Virus record (IMG/VR): IMGVR_UViG_2710264501_000005
Coordinates: 5,929-69,928 of that record
From: a virus
DNA: 64,000 bases
Reading direction: 5' to 3' (one strand)
Below, in pieces: positions 44,729 to 54,114 of the stretch. Every line of letters starts with the position of its first letter. Within the stretch, counting starts at the first letter, position 1. A model generated the notes under the pieces. The model was not told the DNA's origin. It did no database searches and was given only the letters and a program-made list of their open reading frames with translations. Position numbers and translations under genes: made by a program.

Positions 44729-45028
44729 ATGAAAGTCCGAGTGCGATACTGGCGGGGAACGACTCAGCAGGAAGGCACCGCGACCACCTACGCTGGAGCG
44801 ATGCGAATTGCCAGCAAGAACGCCAACGCCTACGGCCCGAGCTTTTGGGACGAGCACGGCGAGCAGCTCCACGATGATGGAGCAGGGCTGGCCTACGAGG
44901 AAACGGAGGAGGATCGGCAGACTGGGATTCGGCGGTACGCTGTCCAGGTCGCTAAGCACCCCGCCCCCACCGGCCGCCTCACCAGCGGCCGAGAGGGACT
45001 GGGTGTTGAGACTGAACCTGTAACCTGA
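44729..45028 (+). CDS. small early protein
   Basis: GGAGGTG RBS; the ORF reads on through the next spacer. Confidence 0.6.
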   Translation: MKVRVRYWRGTTQQEGTATTYAGAMRIASKNANAYGPSFWDEHGEQLHDDGAGLAYEETEEDRQTGIRRYAVQVAKHPAPTGRLTSGREGLGVETEPVT

Positions 45029-45040
45029 GACTGGAGGTGG

Positions 45041-45310
45041 ATGATGGGATTTTCAGACGAAATGGCCGCCGAACAGACAAACGATCTGTCGAACGGCGTG
45101 ATGCAGCAACTCGCCGAGTATCAGGCAATCCATGCTCGTGCCGTGGAGTATGGGGCACAAGACGTAGAGCCCCGAGGGCATGGGACGCCTGTGCTGGAGT
45201 GGCCTGCGGACCCTGAACGCGTGAGCTTGGAGCGGATCACGTATTGGCAGGAGAGTGGCGAGTTTTCCGGCTGGTCGCTTCGTACCGTGCCGGAATGGAC
45301 GCAGAAGTAG
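45041..45310 (+). CDS. small acidic early protein
   Basis: GGAGGTG RBS. Confidence 0.65.
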   Translation: MMGFSDEMAAEQTNDLSNGVMQQLAEYQAIHARAVEYGAQDVEPRGHGTPVLEWPADPERVSLERITYWQESGEFSGWSLRTVPEWTQK

Positions 45311-45402
45311 TCGCCCTCCACCCCCGCCGGGTCGGCTTCCGCTGACTGCGGCGCGGGCGGGTGGCGTGATGAGAACTGAACCCAAGCAAGAGAGGTGAAG
45401 AG

Positions 45403-45606
45403 ATGAACGCGACTGAAATCATTACCAACCACAAAGTGCAGCACGATCCCAGCGGCGTAGGCCATGCGTGGCGGGCGGTCGTCGCAGACGACGTGCCAGC
45501 CAACATCGCGGAGGAAATTGCCTGCTGGATTATCGAGGAAGAACCAGAGTCTGGTGACGAGTTCACCGCGATGAACGGGCTGCATTACCGTTTGCCGCCC
45601 AGCTAA
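45403..45606 (+). CDS. small acidic early protein
   Basis: GAGGTG RBS. Confidence 0.65.
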   Translation: MNATEIITNHKVQHDPSGVGHAWRAVVADDVPANIAEEIACWIIEEEPESGDEFTAMNGLHYRLPPS

Positions 45607-45653
45607 CTCAGGGAGGAAGCTAAACCCTCTGAACTACTGAAATACGGCCCAAA

Positions 45654-45672
45654 ATCAATTTTAAAAAATGAT
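45654..45672. repeat. 19-bp palindrome, copy 4
   Basis: ATCAATTTTAAAAAATGAT, identical to copy 3. Confidence 0.75.
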
Positions 45673-45718
45673 TTTGTACCTCTGTGCTGCAAGCTAACCC
45701 CTACCCGAAAGGATTGCC

Positions 45719-46003
45719 ATGACAGACGACAAAAGAGCAGTAAAAATCGCCCGCCAAGCCCGCAAGCTAAGGGCGGTGCAAGAGCAGATAAGGGAGCTTT
45801 ACGCCCTCCGCGATGAACTGGAAGAGTCGATCTTGAAGGCCCTCCCGGTTGGCGAATCGCTGGAGATCGGCGGGGGCTATCAGGTTGAGAGCGTCGATAA
45901 CTTCGCCACGAAAAACGTCTGTTTCGGACACGGCCCGGTTCGGCGTTTCGAAGCGAAGTTGTCCAGGGTAAAGGCACCCGTCAAACCGGGAGAGGCAAAG
46001 TAA
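45719..46003 (+). CDS. hypothetical protein with N-terminal coiled coil
   Basis: AAAGGA RBS. Confidence 0.6.
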   Translation: MTDDKRAVKIARQARKLRAVQEQIRELYALRDELEESILKALPVGESLEIGGGYQVESVDNFATKNVCFGHGPVRRFEAKLSRVKAPVKPGEAK

Positions 46004-46042
46004 GTCAACGATTCGGGTAATCCAATATTCCATGAAGGAATA

Positions 46043-46441
46043 ATGCACATGCTAACCTCACGACAGATCAGAAATCAGATGCTCAGACAGATCGGGATTC
46101 AACCATCGGAATCCTATCACAACAACGTAGGGCCTGGAGATCGTGTCCAGGTCCTTATCGTGGAAGAATCAGCCGTAGTGCCATGCTTGGCAATCGGAAC
46201 CATTCAGACGGTGCATGACCACGGCTGGTATTCAATCGTGGAACTTCATCAGGAAAACGGGACCGTGCGGAAGATACAGTTATTCCGCGACGGCCCGCAA
46301 GACTACGGCGTAGTGGAGTGCCGCATACTGGAAAAGCGGCACCAGAGGCTACAGCCCGACAGGGATAGGGACGGCTACGAATGGCAGAAGCTCGAAAGGA
46401 AAAGGAGGCGGCAAAGCAGGCTGAAAAACGCCAGTGCGTGA
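46043..46441 (+). CDS. hypothetical protein
   Basis: GAAGGA RBS. Confidence 0.5.
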   Translation: MHMLTSRQIRNQMLRQIGIQPSESYHNNVGPGDRVQVLIVEESAVVPCLAIGTIQTVHDHGWYSIVELHQENGTVRKIQLFRDGPQDYGVVECRILEKRHQRLQPDRDRDGYEWQKLERKRRRQSRLKNASA

Positions 46442-46569
46442 TACAATGGGGCGTAATCACTGAAGCTTTTTGAACCCGTTAAGTGAAAGAAAGGGGGTGT
46501 GTATGAGCGGCTAGAACACAACAGAACCCTTCTCCACTACGCGGTGCCGGTTTCATCCGGTGCCGCCTG

Positions 46570-46702
46570 GGAGCGGCCCGTTGCAGCGGGAGTAAGTTGG
46601 CGTGGAAGAATGAGCCACAATATCGCACAGCGATAGCCAAGCGGACTGCAAGCCGTTATATCGACCACCCCAGCAAAGCAGGCTCGCTACCTGCCCGCTC
46701 CA
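46570..46702 (+). ncRNA. tRNA-like RNA (acceptor stem plus T-arm closure) with expanded core
   Basis: GGAGCGG...GCAGG-CTCGCTA-CCTGC-CCGCTCC-A with four internal hairpins, in a 290-bp intergenic gap. Confidence 0.55.
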
Positions 46703-46730
46703 CTCACTCTAACTTATGGAGGATTAAAAC

Positions 46731-46982
46731 ATGGCTACCTGTAAGCGGTGCGGAAAAGACTACGAGTACAACGACGACAAGGGGTATTCGGAGGATATCT
46801 GCGGCCCTTTCTGTGATGGCGTGCTATCGCAGCAATCCAAGATTACGAAGCTGCAAGCCGAATCGGACGCTTTGAAGGCAGCACTTCAGAAGATCGCAGA
46901 CTATGACCATGACGGCACGGGATGTTGCGTCTATGGATGTGACACCCCGTCAATCGCCAAGCAAGCGTTATCGGGGCGATGA
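46731..46982 (+). CDS. Cys-rich hypothetical protein
   Basis: GGAGG RBS; CKRC and CGPFC motifs. Confidence 0.55.
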   Translation: MATCKRCGKDYEYNDDKGYSEDICGPFCDGVLSQQSKITKLQAESDALKAALQKIADYDHDGTGCCVYGCDTPSIAKQALSGR

Positions 46983-47007
46983 GCCCTCAAACCAGAAAGG
47001 GCAAACC

Positions 47008-47127
47008 ATGCTTGTGTACAAGGAATGGACGGAAAGGTCAAACGGCGGATTGACGCTGATTCGCTGTCAAGGCTGGTATCTGTTCGGCTTGATACCAGTC
47101 TACGTAAGGCGGTTTTACGTGAAGTGA
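47008..47127 (+). CDS. 39-aa peptide, paralog of 5024-5143
   Basis: GWYLFGLIPVYVR. Confidence 0.6.
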   Translation: MLVYKEWTERSNGGLTLIRCQGWYLFGLIPVYVRRFYVK

Positions 47128-47178
47128 ACGACAGCCGGGACCGGCACCATTCAAACCCCAAACTCCGAGGACAGACCA

Positions 47179-47385
47179 ATGAGAGATCAAGGCTTTTATT
47201 ACGTGCGGCTCAAGGGTCGCAAGCATTGGACAATCGCATACTTGAGGAAATTCACCCGCCCCGCTCGTTCTGTTTGGCGTCTAGTCGGATGTGCCGACAA
47301 CTTCACAGAGGATGAGTTTGCAGAGATTGGCGAGCGTGTGCCGTTTCGTGACGAAGCAAAGCAGATGCGGGGGGGGGGCATATGA
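47179..47385 (+). CDS. small protein, family of 58517-58831 and 63134-63376
   Basis: GFYYVRL...W.IA......W.......EIGERVP. Confidence 0.6.
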   Translation: MRDQGFYYVRLKGRKHWTIAYLRKFTRPARSVWRLVGCADNFTEDEFAEIGERVPFRDEAKQMRGGGI

Positions 47386-48881
47386 TGGACCTAATCACAC
47401 AACTCAAGCACGCTCGACGTGCATCCGTGCCACTCGTGGCAATCCAAACAGCCGACCCAGGGGCAACCATCCGGCAGATTGCTCAGTCGATCAACGGCGG
47501 GGCAGAGATGGTCGCTTGGGACGTGGTTCGCGGAACCCGTCCAGTCACCGAAAACGCGGTAGCGATTGCCCATGAAATTGAGGGCCGCGAGCCGACAATT
47601 GGCAACCCCGTCGGCTTTCTGGCAGGGCTGGTCGAAGCCTTGCCGTCCAGGTGCATCGCCTTCATGCAAAACGCCCACGACTACCTTGAGGGCCAGCAGC
47701 AAAACCCGTCTGTTATCCAGGGAATATGGAACCTCCGCGACGAACTGAAGCACGACGCCCGAACGCTGATCCTGCTTGCCCCGATCCTCAATATCCCGCT
47801 CGCGTTGCATGACGACGTTGTGGTATTGGACGAGGCTTTGCCGGACGAAGATCAGCTAAAGGCAATCGTCAAGGACCTGGATACATTGGCCACGGAAGCC
47901 AAGCCCGACCGACCGGCGATAGCCGAAAAAGAACTTACCCGAGCGGTAGAAGCCGTCACGGGCCTGTCTGCCTTCGCGGCAGAGCAGGCGATTGCGATGG
48001 CCATCAGGCCCGATGGAATCGACTTGGATCATGTCTGGCAGAGTAAGATTAAGCAGATTGAACTCACCAGAGGGTTGTCTGTGCATCGCGGCGGCGGGAA
48101 ATTCTCCGACTTGGGAGGCTTGGAGCAGATCAAGCAATACCTATCGCGGCTGATGACAGGACGACGGCCGCCAAAGGTTATCGTTTGGCTGGATGAGATC
48201 GAAAAAACCGGACTAGCCGCAAGAGAGGACATGAGCGGCGTGAATCAGGATCAGGAGGGAACGCTACTCCAATTCATGGAGGATAACGACGTATACGGAG
48301 TGTTTTTGCTTGGCGTCCCCGGCTGTGGAAAATCGCAACTCTGCAAGGCGGTCGGTTCGGAGTTCAACCGGATCGTGCTGAGGATCGACCTAGGGGCGAT
48401 GCAGGGAAGTTTGGTTGGCGAAAGTCAACAGACGCTTCGTGCTGCCCTCAAGGTGGTGTCAGCGGTCGGCGGAACTGAGGCCCTGTGGTTGGCAACCTCC
48501 AACAGTAACGACGGCCTAAGCGGTGCCATGAGGTCGAGATTCACAGATTGCTTCTTCTTCGATCTTCCCGACAAGTCCGAACGAGAACCCATCTGGCAAG
48601 TGTGGCTAGACAGGTATGAACTAGACGACAAGCCCCACAAGGATGATGAAGGTTGGGTTGGCCGGAACATTAAAAAATGTTGCGAGAAGGCTTGGCGGAT
48701 GGACCTTCCGATTAAGGAAGCGGCGGCATACATCACGCCGGTTGCCGTGACGGAGAAAGAGGAGATCGAGCGTCTACGGCGGCAAGCCAATCAGCGGTAT
48801 CTGTCCGCCAGCAAAGCGGGACTCTACCGCCAGCCAAGCCCGACTACCAATCGCAAGACACGAGCGATAGGCCACGGGTAG
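47382..48881 (+). CDS. AAA+ ATPase, Ycf46-like
   Basis: FSDLGGLEQIKQY, LLGVPGCGKSQLCKAV, IDLGAM, ATSN, RF...FFFDLP. Confidence 0.85.
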   Translation: MMDLITQLKHARRASVPLVAIQTADPGATIRQIAQSINGGAEMVAWDVVRGTRPVTENAVAIAHEIEGREPTIGNPVGFLAGLVEALPSRCIAFMQNAHDYLEGQQQNPSVIQGIWNLRDELKHDARTLILLAPILNIPLALHDDVVVLDEALPDEDQLKAIVKDLDTLATEAKPDRPAIAEKELTRAVEAVTGLSAFAAEQAIAMAIRPDGIDLDHVWQSKIKQIELTRGLSVHRGGGKFSDLGGLEQIKQYLSRLMTGRRPPKVIVWLDEIEKTGLAAREDMSGVNQDQEGTLLQFMEDNDVYGVFLLGVPGCGKSQLCKAVGSEFNRIVLRIDLGAMQGSLVGESQQTLRAALKVVSAVGGTEALWLATSNSNDGLSGAMRSRFTDCFFFDLPDKSEREPIWQVWLDRYELDDKPHKDDEGWVGRNIKKCCEKAWRMDLPIKEAAAYITPVAVTEKEEIERLRRQANQRYLSASKAGLYRQPSPTTNRKTRAIGHG

Positions 48882-48923
48882 ATAAACCAAACCCCGACAT
48901 TCTAAACAATGGGAGGCCCACCC

Positions 48924-49823
48924 ATGACGGAGAACAATGGAAACAAGCTGATAAGTGAAAGCGTGATTTTAGACGTGACCTTCAAGCGGCCTGGAATCCG
49001 TCGCCGGGCGGACATATCCAAGGTGACATGCGAAGCGGATAAAGAGATGCTTGGATTGTCCAAAGCAATTCTGGACTCGGAGGAATACCGCGTCATTCAA
49101 ACCGTGGTCCGCCAGTTCCGATCCTACGTCGAAGCCAAGGCGTTAGACTGCCCGCTCAAACGAGGCAGCTACATGGTCCCGCTTGCCGTGCTTGAGGATG
49201 TTTACGGTAAGCTGGAGCAAGCGGAAATAGAGTTCAATGCGGCGGTAGAGCAGTTCATCGACGCATATCCGCAACGCAAGGCAGAGGCCGAGGTGAGGCT
49301 AAAGGATCAGTTTCGAGACGCTGACTATCCCGAACCGGAACAACTCCGCGAAGCCTTTGAAGTCGTTTCCCGGCTGGTTGACTTTTCGCCACCGGGAGAA
49401 GGCAAGATCGGTCAAGCCTTGAGCCAGAAGGCTCGCCAGAAATTCGAGCAAGACTTAAAGAACGCCAGCGAAGAGATCCAGGCGGCACTACGCGAGGCGT
49501 TTGCCGGACTGGTCAAGCATCTCCGCGAGCGGCTGGAGTCGATCAGCGGGGGCGGGAAGAAGATCCTTGCTCCGTCTGCCGTAGATAACCTCTTGGAGTT
49601 CATTGACAACTTCAAACACAGAAACCTTTGCGAAGATGCCGAGCTTGAAGGTCTGGTCGCACAGGCGAAAAACGTATTGGCCGGTAAGGATTCAGGCTTG
49701 CTCAAGTCCAACGGCAAGGCTACCGCTGAGGTATTAGGAGAGATGAAGCGGTGCGAAGAGGCACTGTCTAAGCTGGTCAAGGACCGACCTACGCGGCTGA
49801 TTTCATTCGGGGAGGATGACTGA
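48924..49823 (+). CDS. DUF3150-like helical protein
   Basis: GSYMVP, F..A...FI..YP and DYP....LR.AF motifs; follows the AAA ATPase. Confidence 0.6.
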   Translation: MTENNGNKLISESVILDVTFKRPGIRRRADISKVTCEADKEMLGLSKAILDSEEYRVIQTVVRQFRSYVEAKALDCPLKRGSYMVPLAVLEDVYGKLEQAEIEFNAAVEQFIDAYPQRKAEAEVRLKDQFRDADYPEPEQLREAFEVVSRLVDFSPPGEGKIGQALSQKARQKFEQDLKNASEEIQAALREAFAGLVKHLRERLESISGGGKKILAPSAVDNLLEFIDNFKHRNLCEDAELEGLVAQAKNVLAGKDSGLLKSNGKATAEVLGEMKRCEEALSKLVKDRPTRLISFGEDD

Positions 49824-50035
49824 TGGCAAACAGCATCAAGCGGCGTATTACAAAGGCGATGGAAGCCGAGAAGCGAAAACGGCTGTTGTGGGCCTTGGAT
49901 GAGTCCCGCAAGATCCTGAACGGGACCAGCAATATTGAGCACGTTCCACAAGACCGGGAAGGCCGATACGCTTATGCGGTCGGCTGGTTGCAAGAGGCAA
50001 TCACCATCTACCTGGATGTGGAGCGTCCGAGGTAA
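49823..50035 (+). CDS. hypothetical protein
   Basis: TGATG overlap with the upstream gene. Confidence 0.5.
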   Translation: MANSIKRRITKAMEAEKRKRLLWALDESRKILNGTSNIEHVPQDREGRYAYAVGWLQEAITIYLDVERPR

Positions 50036-50049
50036 TGGTGTCGGGGTTG

Positions 50050-50121
50050 CCGGGCGGTCGGTACGCGGGAAAGCCAAGAATTCCCGCTGAGTCTAACGAC
50101 GGCTGGCCGCCCGGTTTTTTT
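50050..50121 (+). terminator. terminator-like hairpin with large structured loop
   Basis: CCGGGCGGTCGG/CTGGCCGCCCGG plus T7; inner GCGGGAA/TTCCCGC stem. Confidence 0.55.
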
Positions 50122-50160
50122 CTCAAGGTACAATAAGCCAAACAAGATTGGAGGTGGATC

Positions 50161-50613
50161 ATTTCACACGTCGCAACCGTCGAACTGGAGATCACCAGCC
50201 TGGAAGCCCTGGAAGCCGCCTGTAAGGCGATGGGGCTGGAGTATGATCGGGACGCGAGTCGATGGAGGTGGTATGACTCTTGGCAAGACGATTACTCCCG
50301 AGCCGATGCCGCCTACCTCAACGGAATCCCGGTTGACCGCTACGGCACTTCGGACGCTGGGGTTATCAGAGTCTCTGGTGCCAGTTATGACATCGGGATT
50401 TATAAGCACCCGTCAAAGCCGGGCGTATTCGTGCCGGTTTACGATAACTGGAACAACGGCATGGGGCTCGAAACGGCTTGTGGCCCCGGCTTGGGGAAAC
50501 TCAAGCAACAATACGCGACACAAGTGACCAAGCGGCAGCTATCCCGTCAAGGCTTCCGCGTGGTGCAACAGCAAGTGCCGGGAGGTAAGGTTCGATTAGT
50601 CGCAGTGAGGTAA
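50161..50613 (+). CDS. DUF1257 (Ycf35)-like protein with apparent ATT start
   Basis: GGAGGT-N5-ATT TCA CAC GTC gives (M)SHVATVELEITSLEALEAACKAMG, matching the family N-terminus. Confidence 0.65.
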   Translation: MSHVATVELEITSLEALEAACKAMGLEYDRDASRWRWYDSWQDDYSRADAAYLNGIPVDRYGTSDAGVIRVSGASYDIGIYKHPSKPGVFVPVYDNWNNGMGLETACGPGLGKLKQQYATQVTKRQLSRQGFRVVQQQVPGGKVRLVAVR

Positions 50614-50639
50614 GGTTTTCACAAGGGAGGGAAAGACCC

Positions 50640-50819
50640 GTGCTAGTGCTAACAAGGAAGGCCAGAGAGGAGATCGTCATTGGGGACGATATCCGAGTCA
50701 TTGTGAAACAGATCAGCGGCCGTCGCGTTTCCATTGGGGTTATCGCTCCACCGGAAACGACTATCCGCCGCAAGGAAATTCAGAAAGGAACCGGCGATGC
50801 CCGAACAGGTAATTGTTGA
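50640..50819 (+). CDS. csrA: carbon storage regulator CsrA homolog
   Basis: MLVLTRK..EEIVIGDDIRV......RVSIGVIAPPE..I.RKEI; missing from the ORF track. Confidence 0.85.
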   Translation: MLVLTRKAREEIVIGDDIRVIVKQISGRRVSIGVIAPPETTIRRKEIQKGTGDARTGNC

Positions 50820-50988
50820 GATCGACGAGCAGGGCAATTCCACAGTCACGGTTAAGGGCGTGGCGGGGATATCCTGCAAGTCGATTACAGAGGACCTTGA
50901 GAAGGCTCTTGGCAAGGTGACGGAGGATAAGAAGACCTCTGACTACTACCTGCCAGAGCCGTCTGTCAGACAGCAGGTTAGGAGGTGA
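50797..50988 (+). CDS. DUF2997-like protein
   Basis: IDEQGNSTVTVKGVAGISCKSITEDLEKALG...KTSDYY. Confidence 0.75.
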   Translation: MPEQVIVEIDEQGNSTVTVKGVAGISCKSITEDLEKALGKVTEDKKTSDYYLPEPSVRQQVRR

Positions 50989-50991
50989 TTC

Positions 50992-52387
50992 ATGGGACTA
51001 CCTAGAACATGTTGGTATCAGCGTGCCCCGTACCGGAAAGACTTGGCTCCGTGGCGTGGCGGCATAGTTCACGCATGGGGCACGGACAACCAGAGTGATG
51101 AGGTTTCCATGCCGATCCCCGTAGGCGTGGTCGAAGATGACAAGACGGGGACGGTTCACAGCGTCTACGTGGAACGTATCTGTTTTGCGTCCGTGCCACC
51201 CGGAGAGATAGACAGGAGCTAACATGGCCCGCAAGACATACCGCCTCCGTGAGATCCTTACAGACGGAGAGCGGACAGCCTACCGGGAAACGCTATTCTA
51301 TGCCGCCGATCTTGTCGAACTGGAGGTGCTCTATCACAAGTACCTCAAGGGCATGATCTTGGAAGACAAGATGGAGGTCAGGGTGCTTGGCGATTCTTCT
51401 TCGTTCAACGCGGTTGCCGAATATCTGTACTCGTTCGACGGCCCGCAAGGTCCTTTGCTTTCGTGGTTGATCGAAAAGGGTTTCATCACGAAAGACGAAG
51501 CTGCCGAAGCGATGGACCGCGAGACGTTCACGGACTGGCCGAGCGAACCACAGCCAGATGAAGATCCCCGAGCGTTATTCGAGGCATGGGCTAGCTCCCA
51601 CGGTATCGACCTATCAAGGGATCGGATCATCCGGGAGCACTACGCGGAGAAGGCAACGCAACTCGCGTGGGATGCGTTTCAACTAGCACTGGAGATATAA
51701 GGACAGATACATGCGAAGAGAAGACTTTATGGACGAAGCCTGCAAAGCCATCGGCTTACTAGACAAGCAGGCAAAGGACGGTCCGGGCGTTTTGCCGGAT
51801 TACGCCGTGGATGCTATCACGCACGCGGCAGCCACATGGACTAGCATGGGAGAAGTCCTGCCGGCGACGAAGTTGCTAGAAATGATGGTTGCCGTTCTCA
51901 AGCAGATTTACCGGGCTGGTTACAATGACGGAGTAAACAACACACTGGCACAGTTCAAGCACGGCAGAGGCTAAACTACCGCCTAACCTTTTTCGATGGG
52001 AGACAGACAATGCCGTACACCCCGGACTATGATACGGCGATAGACACCAGAACGATTGTCGAAAAGTTGCCCACAATTCATCGGGTAGGCATTGATTGGA
52101 ACTACCCATTCGATGATCCCGAACATTGGGCGTGCCTTTGTTGCAACGAAGAAGGTAAGGCACACGAGCGGGAAAAGATCGTCGGATACCTTCGGACTTG
52201 TGAAAAGCCGGGAGCTGTTGCAAGCAACTACGGTGGATGGCCACGAATATGGCATCGCGTTTTTAAGGTTTGCATGGCCAGTCATTGGCCGTACTGGACT
52301 CCAAGGCCGACTGTTATCGTAGAAGGTCCGCTAGGCTTGAAGTGGGTTGACTGGCGAAGCTTGACAGGTGCAGAGACCAGAGGCTAA
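50992..52387 (+). CDS. four hypothetical ORFs (50992-51222, 51224-51700, 51711-51974, 52010-52387)
   Basis: Co-directional, most with an RBS. Confidence 0.55.
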
Positions 52388-52399
52388 CAGGTTTGGGGA

Positions 52400-52437
52400 G
52401 CCCGGTCGGGGCTACGGTCCCGGCCGGGCGGGTTTTT
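52400..52437 (+). terminator. intrinsic terminator-like hairpin
   Basis: GCCCGGTCGGGGC-TACG-GTCCCGGCCGGGC followed by GGGTTTTT. Confidence 0.55.
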
Positions 52438-52528
52438 CACACGCTCTGGCTACTCGCAGGACTAAGGGAAAGCACCACAGGGAGAAGGATAAGCGGGGGT
52501 GGGTCAGAGCATTTTTGAAAGGGCGACA

Positions 52529-52831
52529 ATGGACCAGCTAATCATCGACATCGACGAATCGGGCAAGATCCGCTACATCGCAACGCCGGAACTGCAACTA
52601 GGCGGGGAAACGCGGCGAGTGTCCCATGTATTGCCAGTCAATCCGGTTTTGCGGCTCGCCTTCCGACTGTTACGATGGTTTGGCGATGAGGGCCGGGCGG
52701 CAGAGTTCACCCGCTCTTGGCCGTGCATGTGGTCGGCTGAGATTATCGGCGGGCCAAAGCTTGGTGAGTTTTCCTCACGGTCTGAGGCGATTGCTGCTGA
52801 GGTGGAGTGGGTCAACGCAAACTTACTATGA
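52529..52831 (+). CDS. hypothetical protein
   Basis: IDIDESGKIRYI...RRVSHVLP...FSSRSEAIAAEVEW. Confidence 0.6.
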   Translation: MDQLIIDIDESGKIRYIATPELQLGGETRRVSHVLPVNPVLRLAFRLLRWFGDEGRAAEFTRSWPCMWSAEIIGGPKLGEFSSRSEAIAAEVEWVNANLL

Positions 52832-53346
52832 GGGAAAAAACAATGGAAAAGCGATTCATTAAGCCAGATGGGCACTCGTGCAAAGTAAGTACTGGTATTC
52901 ATGGATGTTCGACTTTCGGCACAGGTAAGTTGAGCGACTGTGGATTTTGGGAGAAGCCTTGCTTTGAGTGTGCCCGAGCGTGTGAGAGGCAGTTTCCAGA
53001 GGATGGCCCATGCTGGCCACACACCAGAGAGCAATACGAAAGCATGTTTGCAGGGGAGAACGATGTCTAAAGAATCTAAGCCTCTTGGGGTGTGGATGAT
53101 TAGGTTCACCGGCCTTTGGGAGGGCGTATCTCTTCAAGCTGCCACGTCCAAGCTAGCCGCGATCAAGGCGGTTGAAAACAACTACCCGAGAACGGTAGCG
53201 TTCCGAGTCGAGAAGATCAAGGGGCTTAGCTTCCAAGGCAAGCCGCAAACCGTTTACAGTTACGCGATATCAGGGGACTTGTAAGATGCCGACAAAATCA
53301 AAGTCAGGAGCCTCTGAGCGGTACCGGCCTAGTCGATTGATAACCT

Positions 53347-53718
53347 TTGACGAGTGAGGGCGAGAAGTTGACGGCGAAGATATCCCGCACGGAATGGGGA
53401 AAGCAGTTCGACACCTGTTGGATATGCGGCAAGGGCCACTCCTACGCGGATTGGAGGTGGCTCGAAACTCACGAATGTTGCAGGGGACCTTTTCGAGCGG
53501 CGGCAGTCAAAGAACCCGCTGCATGGCTGAGGGTCTGCAATCACTGCCATGCCGAGAACCTTCCAAGCCTTGCGGGACAGTTAGCCCTTAAAAAGAAGTT
53601 CGACCCGGAGAACTACGATAGAGTAAAGGTCAACCAGCTACGCCACCGTCAACCGGACGCGGTTTCAGAGGAAGAGGTAGATGAGGAACTGAAAAAACTA
53701 CAGGAGAAATTGCGATGA
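53347..53718 (+). CDS. HNH-like zinc-binding protein
   Basis: CWICG...ETHECCRG...LRVCNHCH. Confidence 0.5.
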   Translation: MTSEGEKLTAKISRTEWGKQFDTCWICGKGHSYADWRWLETHECCRGPFRAAAVKEPAAWLRVCNHCHAENLPSLAGQLALKKKFDPENYDRVKVNQLRHRQPDAVSEEEVDEELKKLQEKLR

Positions 53719-53942
53719 TCGCTCAGAACACTGGAACGGTAGAGCCCTATTCGGTCGGTTTGTGCTTTGCGTCGGTCTGCACCGATCTGCCGCCCGAAGA
53801 GGCTGCGAAAGTCTTGAACGAGATGCACCCGACTGGCGTAAGTCCGTGGGTATTGGCTAACGAAGATTTTGCAGACGGCACACCCAACGGCGTAGAGTGT
53901 CCCGAGTGTGCGGGAAAGCGGCATTGGTTGTTCGTATGCTAG
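53715..53942 (+). CDS. hypothetical protein
   Basis: PTGVSPW...FADG.PNGVECP...HWLFVC. Confidence 0.55.
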   Translation: MIAQNTGTVEPYSVGLCFASVCTDLPPEEAAKVLNEMHPTGVSPWVLANEDFADGTPNGVECPECAGKRHWLFVC

Positions 53943-54114
53943 ATAAGAACCGCCCCAAGCCTCCCTGGTGGAAGAACCAGCGAATCAACGGCTGGGAAGG
54001 CAGGGAACTACTCTGCCCCATTCTGGCGATGGCGGAATGTCTACCCGAGCGGGCAATCGAGCGTTTCAAGGCGGCACTCAGGCCCCGTAAGTCAGTGCAG
54101 AAAAGGCTTTTCTG

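Noticed and set aside
42835-45720. Integron attC cassette array
   Set aside because: Spacers lack consistent RYYYAAC/GTTRRRY ends and no integron integrase is in the window.
46570-46702. tmRNA or standard tRNA-Cys
   Set aside because: Too short for tmRNA, no G3:U70 pair or tag ORF; the T-loop and arm layout are non-canonical for a tRNA.
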